From the NCBI GenBank assembly GCA_047150005.1, contig AP038806.1, positions 3,488,001 to 3,552,000 on the forward strand: 64,000 nt of DNA, read 5' to 3'. Numbering within the stretch: the stretch's first letter is position 1; the number at the start of each line of letters is the position of its first letter. Of this stretch, positions 1 through 8,647 are shown piece by piece. The DNA comes from Nitrospira sp. (GTDB lineage Bacteria; Nitrospirota; Nitrospiria; Nitrospirales; Nitrospiraceae). A model generated the notes under the pieces. That model worked only from the letters and a program-made list of their open reading frames with translations. It was not told the origin of the DNA and ran no database searches. The position numbers were made by a program, and so were the translations under genes.

Positions 1-388
1 CCTCCAAGGCTTCGGGCTGCAGATTGAATCGGGAGGTCAAGAGGTGAGCGGCCCGCTCGGCCATCAACTCCCGCAGCCGCAACAACGTGGTGAGGCACTC
101 GGTCTGCAGCCATGTCCGTTCGCGCTTCAACCGGACTTGGCGGAAATACTGGTCGCGTTTGTCCCGGACCGCCCTCACGGCTTCTTGGGTCAGAATATTG
201 TGAGTCGGCTTTGTGCCCGCGACGCACCGGGGATCCGGCCGATCCATTGTCATGTAGTTGATTTCTTCGTCCGAGACGTCGAAGTGCTGCAACAGAATCA
301 GATGGAGCATGATCCGACCCTGAATCGGCATCGCATCGATGACCGATTCGACGAGAGACGGCGTGAGCAGCGACGTGGCAGTGGACAT
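1..388 (-). CDS. hypothetical protein, runs off the window's left edge (C-terminus missing)
   Basis: Manual translation: ATG at 388, open to the edge (MSTATSLLTPSLVESVIDAMPIQGRIMLHLILLQHFDVSDEEINY...). It starts just after the stop of the upstream ORF and is absent from the ORF track because it has no stop. Confidence 0.7.
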   Translation of the reverse strand, partial: MSTATSLLTPSLVESVIDAMPIQGRIMLHLILLQHFDVSDEEINYMTMDRPDPRCVAGTKPTHNILTQEAVRAVRDKRDQYFRQVRLKRERTWLQTECLTTLLRLRELMAERAAHLLTSRFNLQPEALE

Positions 389-392
389 GACG

Positions 393-605
393 CTAGGCGG
401 TTCCTGTTCTCTGAGTTTCCAAGTAGGTGGCGACGTATTCCCGGACTTGCTGAACCGAACCGCTGACGTACAGTTCCCTGGGGATCTCCACGCGGGTCAG
501 CGTCGCAGGATCGATGCCCCGTTCCGTGGCGTAGTCCTCGTCGATGTAGAGGCTGACGGAACCGTCGGCGTGTCTGATGGCGTAGAGCGCATTATTATCG
601 GCCAT
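393..605 (-). CDS. small hypothetical protein
   Basis: ORF 393..617, likely ATG start at 605 (MADNNALYAIRH...). Protein-like composition, tightly coupled to the downstream ORF. Confidence 0.65.
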   Translation of the reverse strand: MADNNALYAIRHADGSVSLYIDEDYATERGIDPATLTRVEIPRELYVSGSVQQVREYVATYLETQRTGTA

Positions 606-702
606 GGGAGCGACCACCGTCTGTCTGGATGCCGTCGAAGTTGATCTACAGGTAACACATGCGCGAGCGTACTGTCAAAGACCGGAGCGGCTTCCAACCC
701 AT

Positions 703-1350
703 TCATTTCCCGAGCAGAATCCGTCTTCGCCACACGACATAGACGGTCGAGACGACGATGGCGACCAGCAAGGTGTTTCGGATGCGTCCCGGCCCGAAAC
801 AGGTGAGATTGACCAGGCCGTTGGTGAAGCCGTAGGCCGCGTAAATGAGGTAGAGAAACAGCGACCAGCGCGTGAGTCTCATGAATCCTACGCCGACGCT
901 TAGATGCAGGACGGGGGAGATGGCTTTGGTCAGAAACCCTGGAATACCTTCCAGCTTGGTGCAGTAGAAGGGCAGGAGATAGTCGAGATTCTTGAGGATA
1001 ATCCAGGTGTCGTTGACCGCGCTGACAATCAGGAGCAGGCCGAGAAACCGGATATCGTGCCCCTTCGTCCAGACCCGGTTCCACGTGCGGAGCCAGTCGG
1101 CTGTATCGGCGCTCGGACCCAGAAAGGCATCGTAGCTTTGGAAGGCCCACCAGGGCAGCGCCAGGAGCATGAACAAGAACACCTCGGCGGCTCTGCCGGA
1201 AATACGGCCGAGAGCCAGGCTGAGAGCGAACAGGAGGATGGTCGTTGCGCAGGCCGCTAGGGCCTGGACATACCGCTGTTGCGCCAGCTGTCCCAGACCG
1301 GGGAAGAGGAGCGAGAGGAGGGCGGCGCGCTGGTCGTGCGATCCAGGCAT
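703..1350 (-). CDS. integral membrane protein of unknown function
   Basis: About 6-7 hydrophobic segments; N-terminal SLLFPGLGQL motif. Confidence 0.7.
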   Translation of the reverse strand: MPGSHDQRAALLSLLFPGLGQLAQQRYVQALAACATTILLFALSLALGRISGRAAEVFLFMLLALPWWAFQSYDAFLGPSADTADWLRTWNRVWTKGHDIRFLGLLLIVSAVNDTWIILKNLDYLLPFYCTKLEGIPGFLTKAISPVLHLSVGVGFMRLTRWSLFLYLIYAAYGFTNGLVNLTCFGPGRIRNTLLVAIVVSTVYVVWRRRILLGK

Positions 1351-1354
1351 TCTG

Positions 1355-1413
1355 AAGGCTAAGGCTCAGGCTGAGGTTCAGATTCTTCTTAGCCTCAGCC
1401 TTAACCTCAACCT
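1355..1413. repeat. palindrome built of hexamer repeats (AAGGCT/CAGGCT/GAGGTT ... CTTAGC/CTCAGC/CTTAAC/CTCAAC)
   Basis: Read directly from the sequence; two arms of 6-nt periodic repeats are near reverse complements. Confidence 0.8.
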
Positions 1414-1422
1414 ATCTATTTT

Positions 1423-2145
1423 CTAGCCGCCGAGCGTGTCGAGCGTCTCTTTGAGGCTCCGGCGGATGCAGGTGAAGATCGGAGTGTCGCGCAGGGTATA
1501 GCGGGAACCTTCCGTTTCTCTGAGCGCCATGACCAGATCCAGAAAATCCTCCGGCTTGTCGCTCTCGAACGCCACGACCCATTCCTGATCGTCCAGACCG
1601 AACGAGTAGGTGGTGTTGAGCTTGACGGACGGAAACCGATGCCCGACTTCAATGTGTTCGTCCATCATGCCCTGGCGAGCCGCCTTCGTCAGGAGGAACC
1701 ATTCACGGGTCTTGAGGAACGGATAGACGAAGATGTACTTGCTCTTGCCGGGAACGACCGTCAGCCGCTTGCTCTCCTGCCCTTCATGCGAATGGTTGTC
1801 CACGTAGATCGAGCGCTTCGTCATGGACAGGTACGAATAGGGAGTCGAGAGGTACTTGCCCAGGCCGGACGCCATGATCTTGGTGCTCATTTCCTGGAAG
1901 AGCTCGAGCTCGTAGCTGATCCGCCACAACATGATGTCGCAATCGCCGCGGATGCCGACAGCCGAATAGGCGATCACCAGCACCTTGCCGCTGTAGTCTT
2001 CGACCGCGCGCAGAAACTCCTGTTTGCCCCTCGTTCGCTCGTCTTCCGGGAGCCGCCGCCACGCCGGATCGACCTTGTAGAAAACGAAGTTCACGTACTG
2101 GCGCTTGGGGGTCTGCTGTGGTGCTTGTTGCTCCGGGGCTGCCAT
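1423..2145 (-). CDS. chdC: coproheme decarboxylase (ChdC/HemQ, chlorite dismutase superfamily)
   Basis: VYPFLK (catalytic Tyr...Lys), MMDEHIEVG (proximal His) and TTYSFGLDDQEWVVAF. Lacks the distal Arg of true chlorite dismutases. Confidence 0.8.
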   Translation of the reverse strand: MAAPEQQAPQQTPKRQYVNFVFYKVDPAWRRLPEDERTRGKQEFLRAVEDYSGKVLVIAYSAVGIRGDCDIMLWRISYELELFQEMSTKIMASGLGKYLSTPYSYLSMTKRSIYVDNHSHEGQESKRLTVVPGKSKYIFVYPFLKTREWFLLTKAARQGMMDEHIEVGHRFPSVKLNTTYSFGLDDQEWVVAFESDKPEDFLDLVMALRETEGSRYTLRDTPIFTCIRRSLKETLDTLGG

Positions 2146-2230
2146 GGACTCCTCCGTGTAACGATACGTCTTGTCTTAATAAGGCGGATTAGCGTGCGGA
2201 CTGCAGTGTTTATCACTTCGACTTTTGCTT

Positions 2231-2269
2231 TGTCAACGGGGCCGGGGACGCGCCGGCGGCTCGTTGACA
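2231..2269. promoter_or_regulatory. palindrome carrying back-to-back TTGACA hexamers (possible divergent -35 elements)
   Basis: TGTCAACG at 2231-2238 and CGTTGACA at 2262-2269, between divergent genes. The matching -10 elements are weak. Confidence 0.35.
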
Positions 2270-2470
2270 GGGCTCCGGCGATCTGTTACTGGCAGCATGG
2301 CAGACCCTGGACATTTCGACTTCCGCGGCATCCCATTGGTCGGATGTCGGATCTCCCGTGGTGCGCTGCGTGGTCGCTGCGATACTTCGCTGCGGATGTG
2401 CGCGAGACGACCGTCGGCCACGAGACGGTGATCGGAACGCGGCAGTGCGCGACAGTCGACGGAGGGAACC

Positions 2471-3097
2471 ATGTGTCGTCATCGTGCAGCGCATCGGCTT
2501 CGATCGGACGCGACGCGGCCGGTGACTGCGGCCGTGCTGTTGACGCTGAGCTGTCTCGGGACACCGGCGGCGGCGATCGAGGTCGCCCCGACCAATGAGC
2601 AGGTGCACGCGGCGCTGGCTCGAGGCAAGGACGCGGCCGAGCGCCATGATCCGCCCGATAGTTTTTATGTGCGCTTCGGTTCGACGGACGGGCTTCATCC
2701 GAGCGGATTCTTGATCACCAAGCTGGGCTCGTTATCCGTGATGGCGACTCACATGGCGCTTCGCGGAGCGGAACCCAGCGACGCGGACATCATGCAGGTG
2801 TTGGAAACCAAGACCATGCTGGTCAGCACCGTCATCTTCGGCGATATGCCGACGATTGCCGCCGAGAGTTACATGGTGTTTGATCAGAGCGGGCATACAA
2901 TCAAGCCCGTGACCGTGCGATTCGATGGACAGGGCAGCCGCAGCGCGGCATGGCCGGACAGCCCCCGCTTCAAGGCCAAAGTGATTGCATCCTTCAACTA
3001 TGCGGATTTCGATCCGAACGCCCAGACGACCCTGACCGTTTTTCCGGCCAACGGTGGTGAAGTGAGTTTTACCCTCGATTTGTCACAGTTCCCATAA
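2471..3097 (+). CDS. exported hypothetical protein
   Basis: Signal-peptide-like N-terminus (...VLLTLSCLGTPAAA-IE); start uncertain. Confidence 0.65.
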   Translation: MCRHRAAHRLRSDATRPVTAAVLLTLSCLGTPAAAIEVAPTNEQVHAALARGKDAAERHDPPDSFYVRFGSTDGLHPSGFLITKLGSLSVMATHMALRGAEPSDADIMQVLETKTMLVSTVIFGDMPTIAAESYMVFDQSGHTIKPVTVRFDGQGSRSAAWPDSPRFKAKVIASFNYADFDPNAQTTLTVFPANGGEVSFTLDLSQFP

Positions 3098-3124
3098 CGG
3101 GCACGCCGGTGCCCGATCGATAAC

Positions 3125-4420
3125 ATGCCGCCAAGACGTCCCGCGCCACCTCTGCACCTTGCCGAAACCATCGCCGTCGGGTCGGAACTCCTGGTCGGCG
3201 GACGAACCGACTCGAACTCATTGCGGATCGCGGAGGAATTTGGCCGCCTCGGCATCGCGGTCCGTTTCAAATCGATCGTCGGAGACGACCGCAGGGACAT
3301 TCGAAGCGCAGTGGCGACGGCTGCCGGCCGAGCCGGCGTGATTGTGCTGACAGGCGGGCTCGGACCGACCGTGGACGACTGCACGCGCGAAGCCATCGCA
3401 AACGTGACCGGCCGGCGGTTGGCCCGACGCAAGGAAGCTTTTGAGGCGTTGAAGGCCAGGCTCGCGGAATGGGGGCGGACCCCCAACGCGGGTCAGCGCC
3501 GGCAAGCCCTGATACCGGCCGGCGCCACGGTGATCTCCAATCCCGTGGGCTCCGCCCCGGGCTTCTGGATGAAATGGAACGGCGCCTTGCTGGTTTCCCT
3601 GCCTGGGGTTCCGTGGGAAATGGAGGCGATGCTACGGGATTCCATCACCACGCTCTTGACCTCGGAACTGACCCGCGCGCGCATGAGGCCGTCTCCCATC
3701 ACTCGCCTCGTGTTCCACACGTTCGGGCTTCCGGAAGCCGAGGTCGATGCCAAACTCAAGGGACTCATCAAGCCTGGGACGCCGGTGGACCTGGGACTTC
3801 TCGCGGCGCCGACCGGTGTCTTGGTCTCGCTGACGACCAGGCCGTCGCCGGCTTTGAGCGGACCAAGGCTGCAGCGGCTGGCGGAGGGCGTGCGGTCGCG
3901 GTTACGAGATTGGCTTTATGCCGAGGGACCGGAGAGTATGGAAGAAGTCGTCGGCCGGCTCCTGACGTCGCAGCACAAAACCGTGGCGGTGGCGGAGTCC
4001 TGTACCGGGGGACTGATCGGCCATCGGTTGACCCAGGTGCCCGGTTCGTCGGCCTACGTCGATCGCGGCGTGATCTGTTATAGCAACCAGGCGAAGATCG
4101 ATCTGCTCGGCGTACCGCCGTCGTTGATCGAGCGGCACGGCGCGGTCAGCGCGGAGGTGGCCTCGGCCATGGCGCAGGGGATGAGAGAGCGAAGCGGGGT
4201 TTCGGTGGCGCTGAGCGTCACCGGCATCGCCGGACCGGGAGGCGCGACGGCGACCAAACCGGTGGGACTGGTCTATCTCGGTCTCGACGCGGAGGACGGC
4301 CGGTCGATCGCCAAGGAATATCGTTTCAGCGGCGACCGTACGGTCGTCAAACAACGGGCCTCTCAGGCAGCGCTGGATGTGCTCCGGCGTTGGCTCCTGG
4401 ACCAGGCGGCGCTCGGTTGA
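3125..4420 (+). CDS. cinA: CinA family: molybdopterin-binding-like domain plus NMN deamidase (PncC) domain
   Basis: VGSELLVG, TGGLGPTVDDCT, NPVGSAPG, AESCTGG, SVTGIAGPGG. Confidence 0.92.
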   Translation: MPPRRPAPPLHLAETIAVGSELLVGGRTDSNSLRIAEEFGRLGIAVRFKSIVGDDRRDIRSAVATAAGRAGVIVLTGGLGPTVDDCTREAIANVTGRRLARRKEAFEALKARLAEWGRTPNAGQRRQALIPAGATVISNPVGSAPGFWMKWNGALLVSLPGVPWEMEAMLRDSITTLLTSELTRARMRPSPITRLVFHTFGLPEAEVDAKLKGLIKPGTPVDLGLLAAPTGVLVSLTTRPSPALSGPRLQRLAEGVRSRLRDWLYAEGPESMEEVVGRLLTSQHKTVAVAESCTGGLIGHRLTQVPGSSAYVDRGVICYSNQAKIDLLGVPPSLIERHGAVSAEVASAMAQGMRERSGVSVALSVTGIAGPGGATATKPVGLVYLGLDAEDGRSIAKEYRFSGDRTVVKQRASQAALDVLRRWLLDQAALG

Positions 4421-4436
4421 TCCCACAGGCGGTCGC

Positions 4437-5042
4437 ATGATCCGCGCCTTCCTTGCCATCGTACCGGATGCCGAGCTGCTCAGATGTCTCGTCCTGGTGC
4501 AGCAGGATCTCAGACAACGGCTGATGCGGGAACTTCCGCGCACTGTCCGACTCTCCTGGGTACAACCGGCTTCGATCCATCTGACGATGAAGTTTCTGGG
4601 CGACATCCCGGACGACCTCGTGCCGGTGTTGCGTGACGCGATCACTCAAGCCGTGAGCGGCCATAGGGCCCTGACGATTCCGCTGGAACGACTGGGAGCC
4701 TTTCCGGACGCCAGGCGTCCAAGAGTGCTCTGGGCCGGTCCTGCCGAGTCGTGGGAGCGCGGCGAGGACAGCGGGCGACTCGCGGCGATGCATCAGGCGA
4801 TCGAGATGGGCTGCCGGGCCGTTGATCTTGCACCGGACACCAGGGCGCTGACTCCCCATCTCACGTTGGCGCGGGTTAGGGAAGGTGAACGTCAGCTCGG
4901 CCCTCTGTTGGCCCGGTACGGCAAGCTGGACGATCCGATCAGTCCCGGGTTCCTGGTGGCCGGCTCCGTGGCCTTGATACGCAGCGAGCTGCATCCCACC
5001 GGCTCGGTCTACACACCCCTGTGGCATGTCCGACTGGTGTGA
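4437..5042 (+). CDS. thpR: RNA 2',3'-cyclic phosphodiesterase (2H family)
   Basis: MIRAFLAI start; two HxT motifs (HLTMKFLG, PHLTLAR); follows cinA. Confidence 0.9.
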   Translation: MIRAFLAIVPDAELLRCLVLVQQDLRQRLMRELPRTVRLSWVQPASIHLTMKFLGDIPDDLVPVLRDAITQAVSGHRALTIPLERLGAFPDARRPRVLWAGPAESWERGEDSGRLAAMHQAIEMGCRAVDLAPDTRALTPHLTLARVREGERQLGPLLARYGKLDDPISPGFLVAGSVALIRSELHPTGSVYTPLWHVRLV

Positions 5043-5154
5043 TGCGGGTTTGCTGGGTTTCGGTCCGAAGACGTCACCGCAGAGAGATCCCTGACCTTCC
5101 CGGGGATGAATGCTCACAATTATTGGGGAGCGTGACCGTTTCGGTCTGGGGGTC

Positions 5155-6249
5155 CTACGCCTGCGGCGGCTGCTCGCGCATGATGGTGCAGAACAGTTTG
5201 GTCAGAGCCGGGTCGAAGGCGGTGCCGCCTTGGCGCTCGATCTCGTCGATCGCGGACTTGACGGTGAGCGGAGTCGCTCCCGGCCGTTCCGCGGTGAGTT
5301 CGTCGAAGCCCTGAGCGAGCGAGACGATGCGAGCCAGGAGCGGGATGCGTTCGCCCTGCAATCCGAACGGGTGACCCGTGCCGTCCCATCGTTCGTGATG
5401 GAGGGCGATGATTTGCACGGCGTCGATCGGCAGACCCAAAGCGCGTCCGATCCGCGCTCCCAGGTCGGTACGGTGGACGTCGCGGCGAGATTCGTGCTGC
5501 AGGGCTTGACCGTCCGCCGTGTGGATGAGGTCCAGATCGTGAGCGAGCGCGCCGAGGGACAGGATGTTTTGCTCGGGCAACGATAGCTGTAATCGGTTCG
5601 CGGTTAGCGAGGCATAGAAGCTGACGCGATTGCCGTGATTCACCAGATAGCGGTCCCGTGCTTCCAGCAAATCGGACAGCAACTGTATAAGGGAGGCCGT
5701 TTCACCGATGTGAGACGGCTGCAAGACTGTCCCGTTGGTCTGCTGGGGGGCCGCATAGGCCGCGGCGAGCTTGCGCCAGGCGGCTGAGCAACCAGGTTCT
5801 GGTCCCCAGAGTGCGCTGTCCTCTGTCAGCAGAATGCGCAGCCGATCGAGCCGCTGCTTTTTCTGCGCGGTCTGCAGACTGATCGTAAGCAATTCCGAGG
5901 TGTTGAAGGGTTTCAGCAGGAATCCGGCCGCTCCATGGCGGATGCAGTCCATGGCGGACTGGAGTGAGCCGAAGGCGGTGACCATGATCACCTCGACCTC
6001 TGCGTGGGCTCGCTTGATCTCGGTGAGCAGATCGGCGCCTGAGCCGTCGGGCAGGCGTAGGTCCAGAGTGACGAGATCCACCCCGTGATCGTTGAGAACG
6101 GCCATAGCAGTACGCGCGTTGTCCGCAGTCAAAATGTTGAAATTCTGGCGAAGAGTCTGGGTTAGCGCCGCACGAGGCGCGGCTTCGTCGTCGACGATGA
6201 GCACGGTCGGCTTGGCGTCGGCTGAATAAATCGGGGCGGTGGTCACCAT
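5155..6249 (-). CDS. response regulator with degenerate HD-GYP domain
   Basis: Receiver motifs LIVDDE, LDLRLPD, MVTA, KPF; C-terminal HHERWDGTGHP and IPLLARIV. Confidence 0.85.
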   Translation of the reverse strand: MVTTAPIYSADAKPTVLIVDDEAAPRAALTQTLRQNFNILTADNARTAMAVLNDHGVDLVTLDLRLPDGSGADLLTEIKRAHAEVEVIMVTAFGSLQSAMDCIRHGAAGFLLKPFNTSELLTISLQTAQKKQRLDRLRILLTEDSALWGPEPGCSAAWRKLAAAYAAPQQTNGTVLQPSHIGETASLIQLLSDLLEARDRYLVNHGNRVSFYASLTANRLQLSLPEQNILSLGALAHDLDLIHTADGQALQHESRRDVHRTDLGARIGRALGLPIDAVQIIALHHERWDGTGHPFGLQGERIPLLARIVSLAQGFDELTAERPGATPLTVKSAIDEIERQGGTAFDPALTKLFCTIMREQPPQA

Positions 6250-6347
6250 GCTTTACGTGTAAGCTGAACCCCCGACTTCGTCAAGGAATCAGCGAATCTC
6301 TGTCTTCAGCGCTTGACCTCGTTCGGATCCGGGAATACAGTAACGGC

Positions 6348-6761
6348 ATGCGTTGCGCGATGCGAATGTGGGTACCGCTCTCGCTGGCGGCCATCCTCGT
6401 CGCCGTGCCCGTGTGGGCCGGCGATTCCGAAACCTTCGATCCGGAGGAACCGTTCAATTCTCTGCGCAGCCAACTGTTGTTGGAATCGTTGGCCGGTCAA
6501 GCCTTGGACCTTTTGAGAGATTATCTCGAAATTTCCGCCGATGCGCCGTCAGGAACCGACGGAAACGAGGGACGTCAATCGCTCCACTTCAAGTTTTATC
6601 CTGATGGAAAATCCAAGTCGGACCAGTACTTCGCCGCCGAGGGGTGGCTGGGACCTTCACGCGACGAGCAACGGCAGGAACTGCATTTCCGGTTTTCCCT
6701 TCCTGGTTCGAAGCGATCCGTCGAGAAATCCGATCGGTCTCGACCGGACAACGTGCTCTAG
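6348..6761 (+). CDS. exported hypothetical protein
   Basis: Signal peptide ending VPVWA; start uncertain (several Met). Confidence 0.6.
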   Translation: MRCAMRMWVPLSLAAILVAVPVWAGDSETFDPEEPFNSLRSQLLLESLAGQALDLLRDYLEISADAPSGTDGNEGRQSLHFKFYPDGKSKSDQYFAAEGWLGPSRDEQRQELHFRFSLPGSKRSVEKSDRSRPDNVL

Positions 6762-6998
6762 CTGGTCGTTCCCTCTTTGGCATTCTGCTCCCGGCCTGTC
6801 CGTTCCCCAATCCGTACCCGCCTGCATTCCCGCTCGTCGGTCTCGGCAAGGCACGCGAATGGGGTTGGAATGCGGCCATTATGATGCGGCGGCGCGGACC
6901 GCAAAGCGACTGCTGCCGGGATTCTTCTCTAGGCTTCTTCCAGCGGACTTCGGTATAATTCGCCCTCTCCCTCACATGGATTGACTAGGAGGACCCTC

Positions 6999-8093
6999 AT
7001 GGCCGAAAAAGACGACAAGAAGCGCGCGCTTGAGTTGGCTCTGTCCCAGATTGAGAAACAGTATGGGAAGGGAGCCATTATGAAGCTGGGCGACGCGGAG
7101 ACCACCGCTGAGGTTCCGGCCATCTCCACGGGCTCATTGGGGCTCGATATCGCCCTCGGAGTCGGCGGGTTTCCCCGCGGCCGGGTCATCGAGATTTTCG
7201 GCCCAGAAGCGTCCGGGAAAACGACGCTGACGCTCCACGCGATCGCCGAAGTGCAGAAGACGGGCGGCGTCGCGGCCTTCATCGACGCCGAACATGCCTT
7301 GGACTTGACCTACGCCAAAAAACTCGGCGTGCAAGCCGACGATTTGCTTGTCTCGCAGCCGGATACGGGCGAACAGGCCTTGGAGATCGCCGAAACCCTG
7401 GTGAGAAGCGGCGCGATCGACCTGATTGTGGTCGATTCGGTGGCGGCACTGACTCCGCGGGCCGAGATCGAAGGCGAAATGGGCGACGCGCACATGGGTC
7501 TGCAGGCGCGATTGATGTCGCAAGCGCTGCGGAAGCTGACCGGCGCCATCGCGAAGTCGCAGACGACGGTGATTTTCATCAATCAAATCCGCATGAAACT
7601 GGGCGTCATGTTCGGAAATCCCGAGACGACGACCGGCGGCAACGCCCTGAAGTTCTATTCCTCCGTCCGGCTCGACATCCGCCGCATCGAGTCGCTTAAA
7701 GAGGGGCAGGACGTGGTGGGGAGCCGGGTTCGCGTGAAGGTGGTCAAGAACAAGATGGCGCCGCCGTTCAAGCAGGCGGAATTCGACATCCTGTTTGCTC
7801 AAGGCATTTCCAAGAGCGGAGAGCTGGTCGATTTGGGCGTGGATCGAAAAGTGCTGGAAAAGTCCGGCGCCTGGTATTCCTATCGGGCCGAGCGCCTTGG
7901 GCAGGGTCGGGATGCGGTCCGTGATTTTCTTCACACGAATCAGCCGTTGGCGCGCGAGATCGAGGCGAAGCTGCGCGAACTGGCTGGTCTGCCGGGGCGA
8001 GGGACGGAGAAACCCGCCGCCGCGCCGGCGAAGGAAGAGCGGCGGGCCGAGGAGAAACGCGAAGAGCGTCGGCCTCACAAGGTCGGCGTGTGA
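6999..8093 (+). CDS. recA: recombinase RecA
   Basis: [44 protein letters not shown] before ATG 6999; TATAAT at about 6954. Confidence 0.99.
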   Translation: MAEKDDKKRALELALSQIEKQYGKGAIMKLGDAETTAEVPAISTGSLGLDIALGVGGFPRGRVIEIFGPEASGKTTLTLHAIAEVQKTGGVAAFIDAEHALDLTYAKKLGVQADDLLVSQPDTGEQALEIAETLVRSGAIDLIVVDSVAALTPRAEIEGEMGDAHMGLQARLMSQALRKLTGAIAKSQTTVIFINQIRMKLGVMFGNPETTTGGNALKFYSSVRLDIRRIESLKEGQDVVGSRVRVKVVKNKMAPPFKQAEFDILFAQGISKSGELVDLGVDRKVLEKSGAWYSYRAERLGQGRDAVRDFLHTNQPLAREIEAKLRELAGLPGRGTEKPAAAPAKEERRAEEKREERRPHKVGV

Positions 8094-8110
8094 GGAGACC
8101 GACCGCGCCT

Positions 8111-8647
8111 ATGCCGCGCAAGATCGATCAGGCGAGGGTTTCGGTGACGGCGCGGGCGAATCAGGCGGATCGTGCCGATCCCTGGTTCAACCCCGCCGTG
8201 CGGTATTTGGCGCGGTTCGATCGGACGACGACGCAGATCGAGGCGTTTCTTCGGGCGAGAGGCGGATCACGGGCTCAGATCGCACGCACGATCCGGCGCC
8301 TGACGGCGCTGCGATATCTGGATGATTCGGCCTATGCCGAGCGTTGGATCGCATCCCGGCTGACGAGAGGCCCGTTCGGGAGGGTTCGGCTGAGGGCCGA
8401 GCTTCTCCGGAGGGGACTTTCCGAGGATATGATCGATGGCGCGCTGCATCGCGCGCTGGGCGAGGTCGACGAGGAGACGCTGGCTCGCCGCACGGTGGGG
8501 TTGAAGCAACGGCGCGGCCGCAGTTTGAGCCGCCAACAAACGCTCCGCCTCCTACGTCAGCGGGGTTTTGAAGAGGACGTCATCTCCCGTATTATAGGAG
8601 AATGGCCGGAGACGGAGAGGGTCGACGATGAAGAACAGTACCGATGA
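8111..8647 (+). CDS. recX: regulatory protein RecX
   Basis: YLDDSAYAE, GRVRLRAELLRRG, LRQRGF; directly after recA. Alternative GTG start at 8090. Confidence 0.88.
   Translation: MPRKIDQARVSVTARANQADRADPWFNPAVRYLARFDRTTTQIEAFLRARGGSRAQIARTIRRLTALRYLDDSAYAERWIASRLTRGPFGRVRLRAELLRRGLSEDMIDGALHRALGEVDEETLARRTVGLKQRRGRSLSRQQTLRLLRQRGFEEDVISRIIGEWPETERVDDEEQYR

Noticed and set aside
6762..6998. LexA/SOS box upstream of recA
   Set aside because: No convincing match to CTGT-N8-ACAG, GAAC-N4-GTTC or GTTC-N7-GTTC; only a TATAAT is evident.
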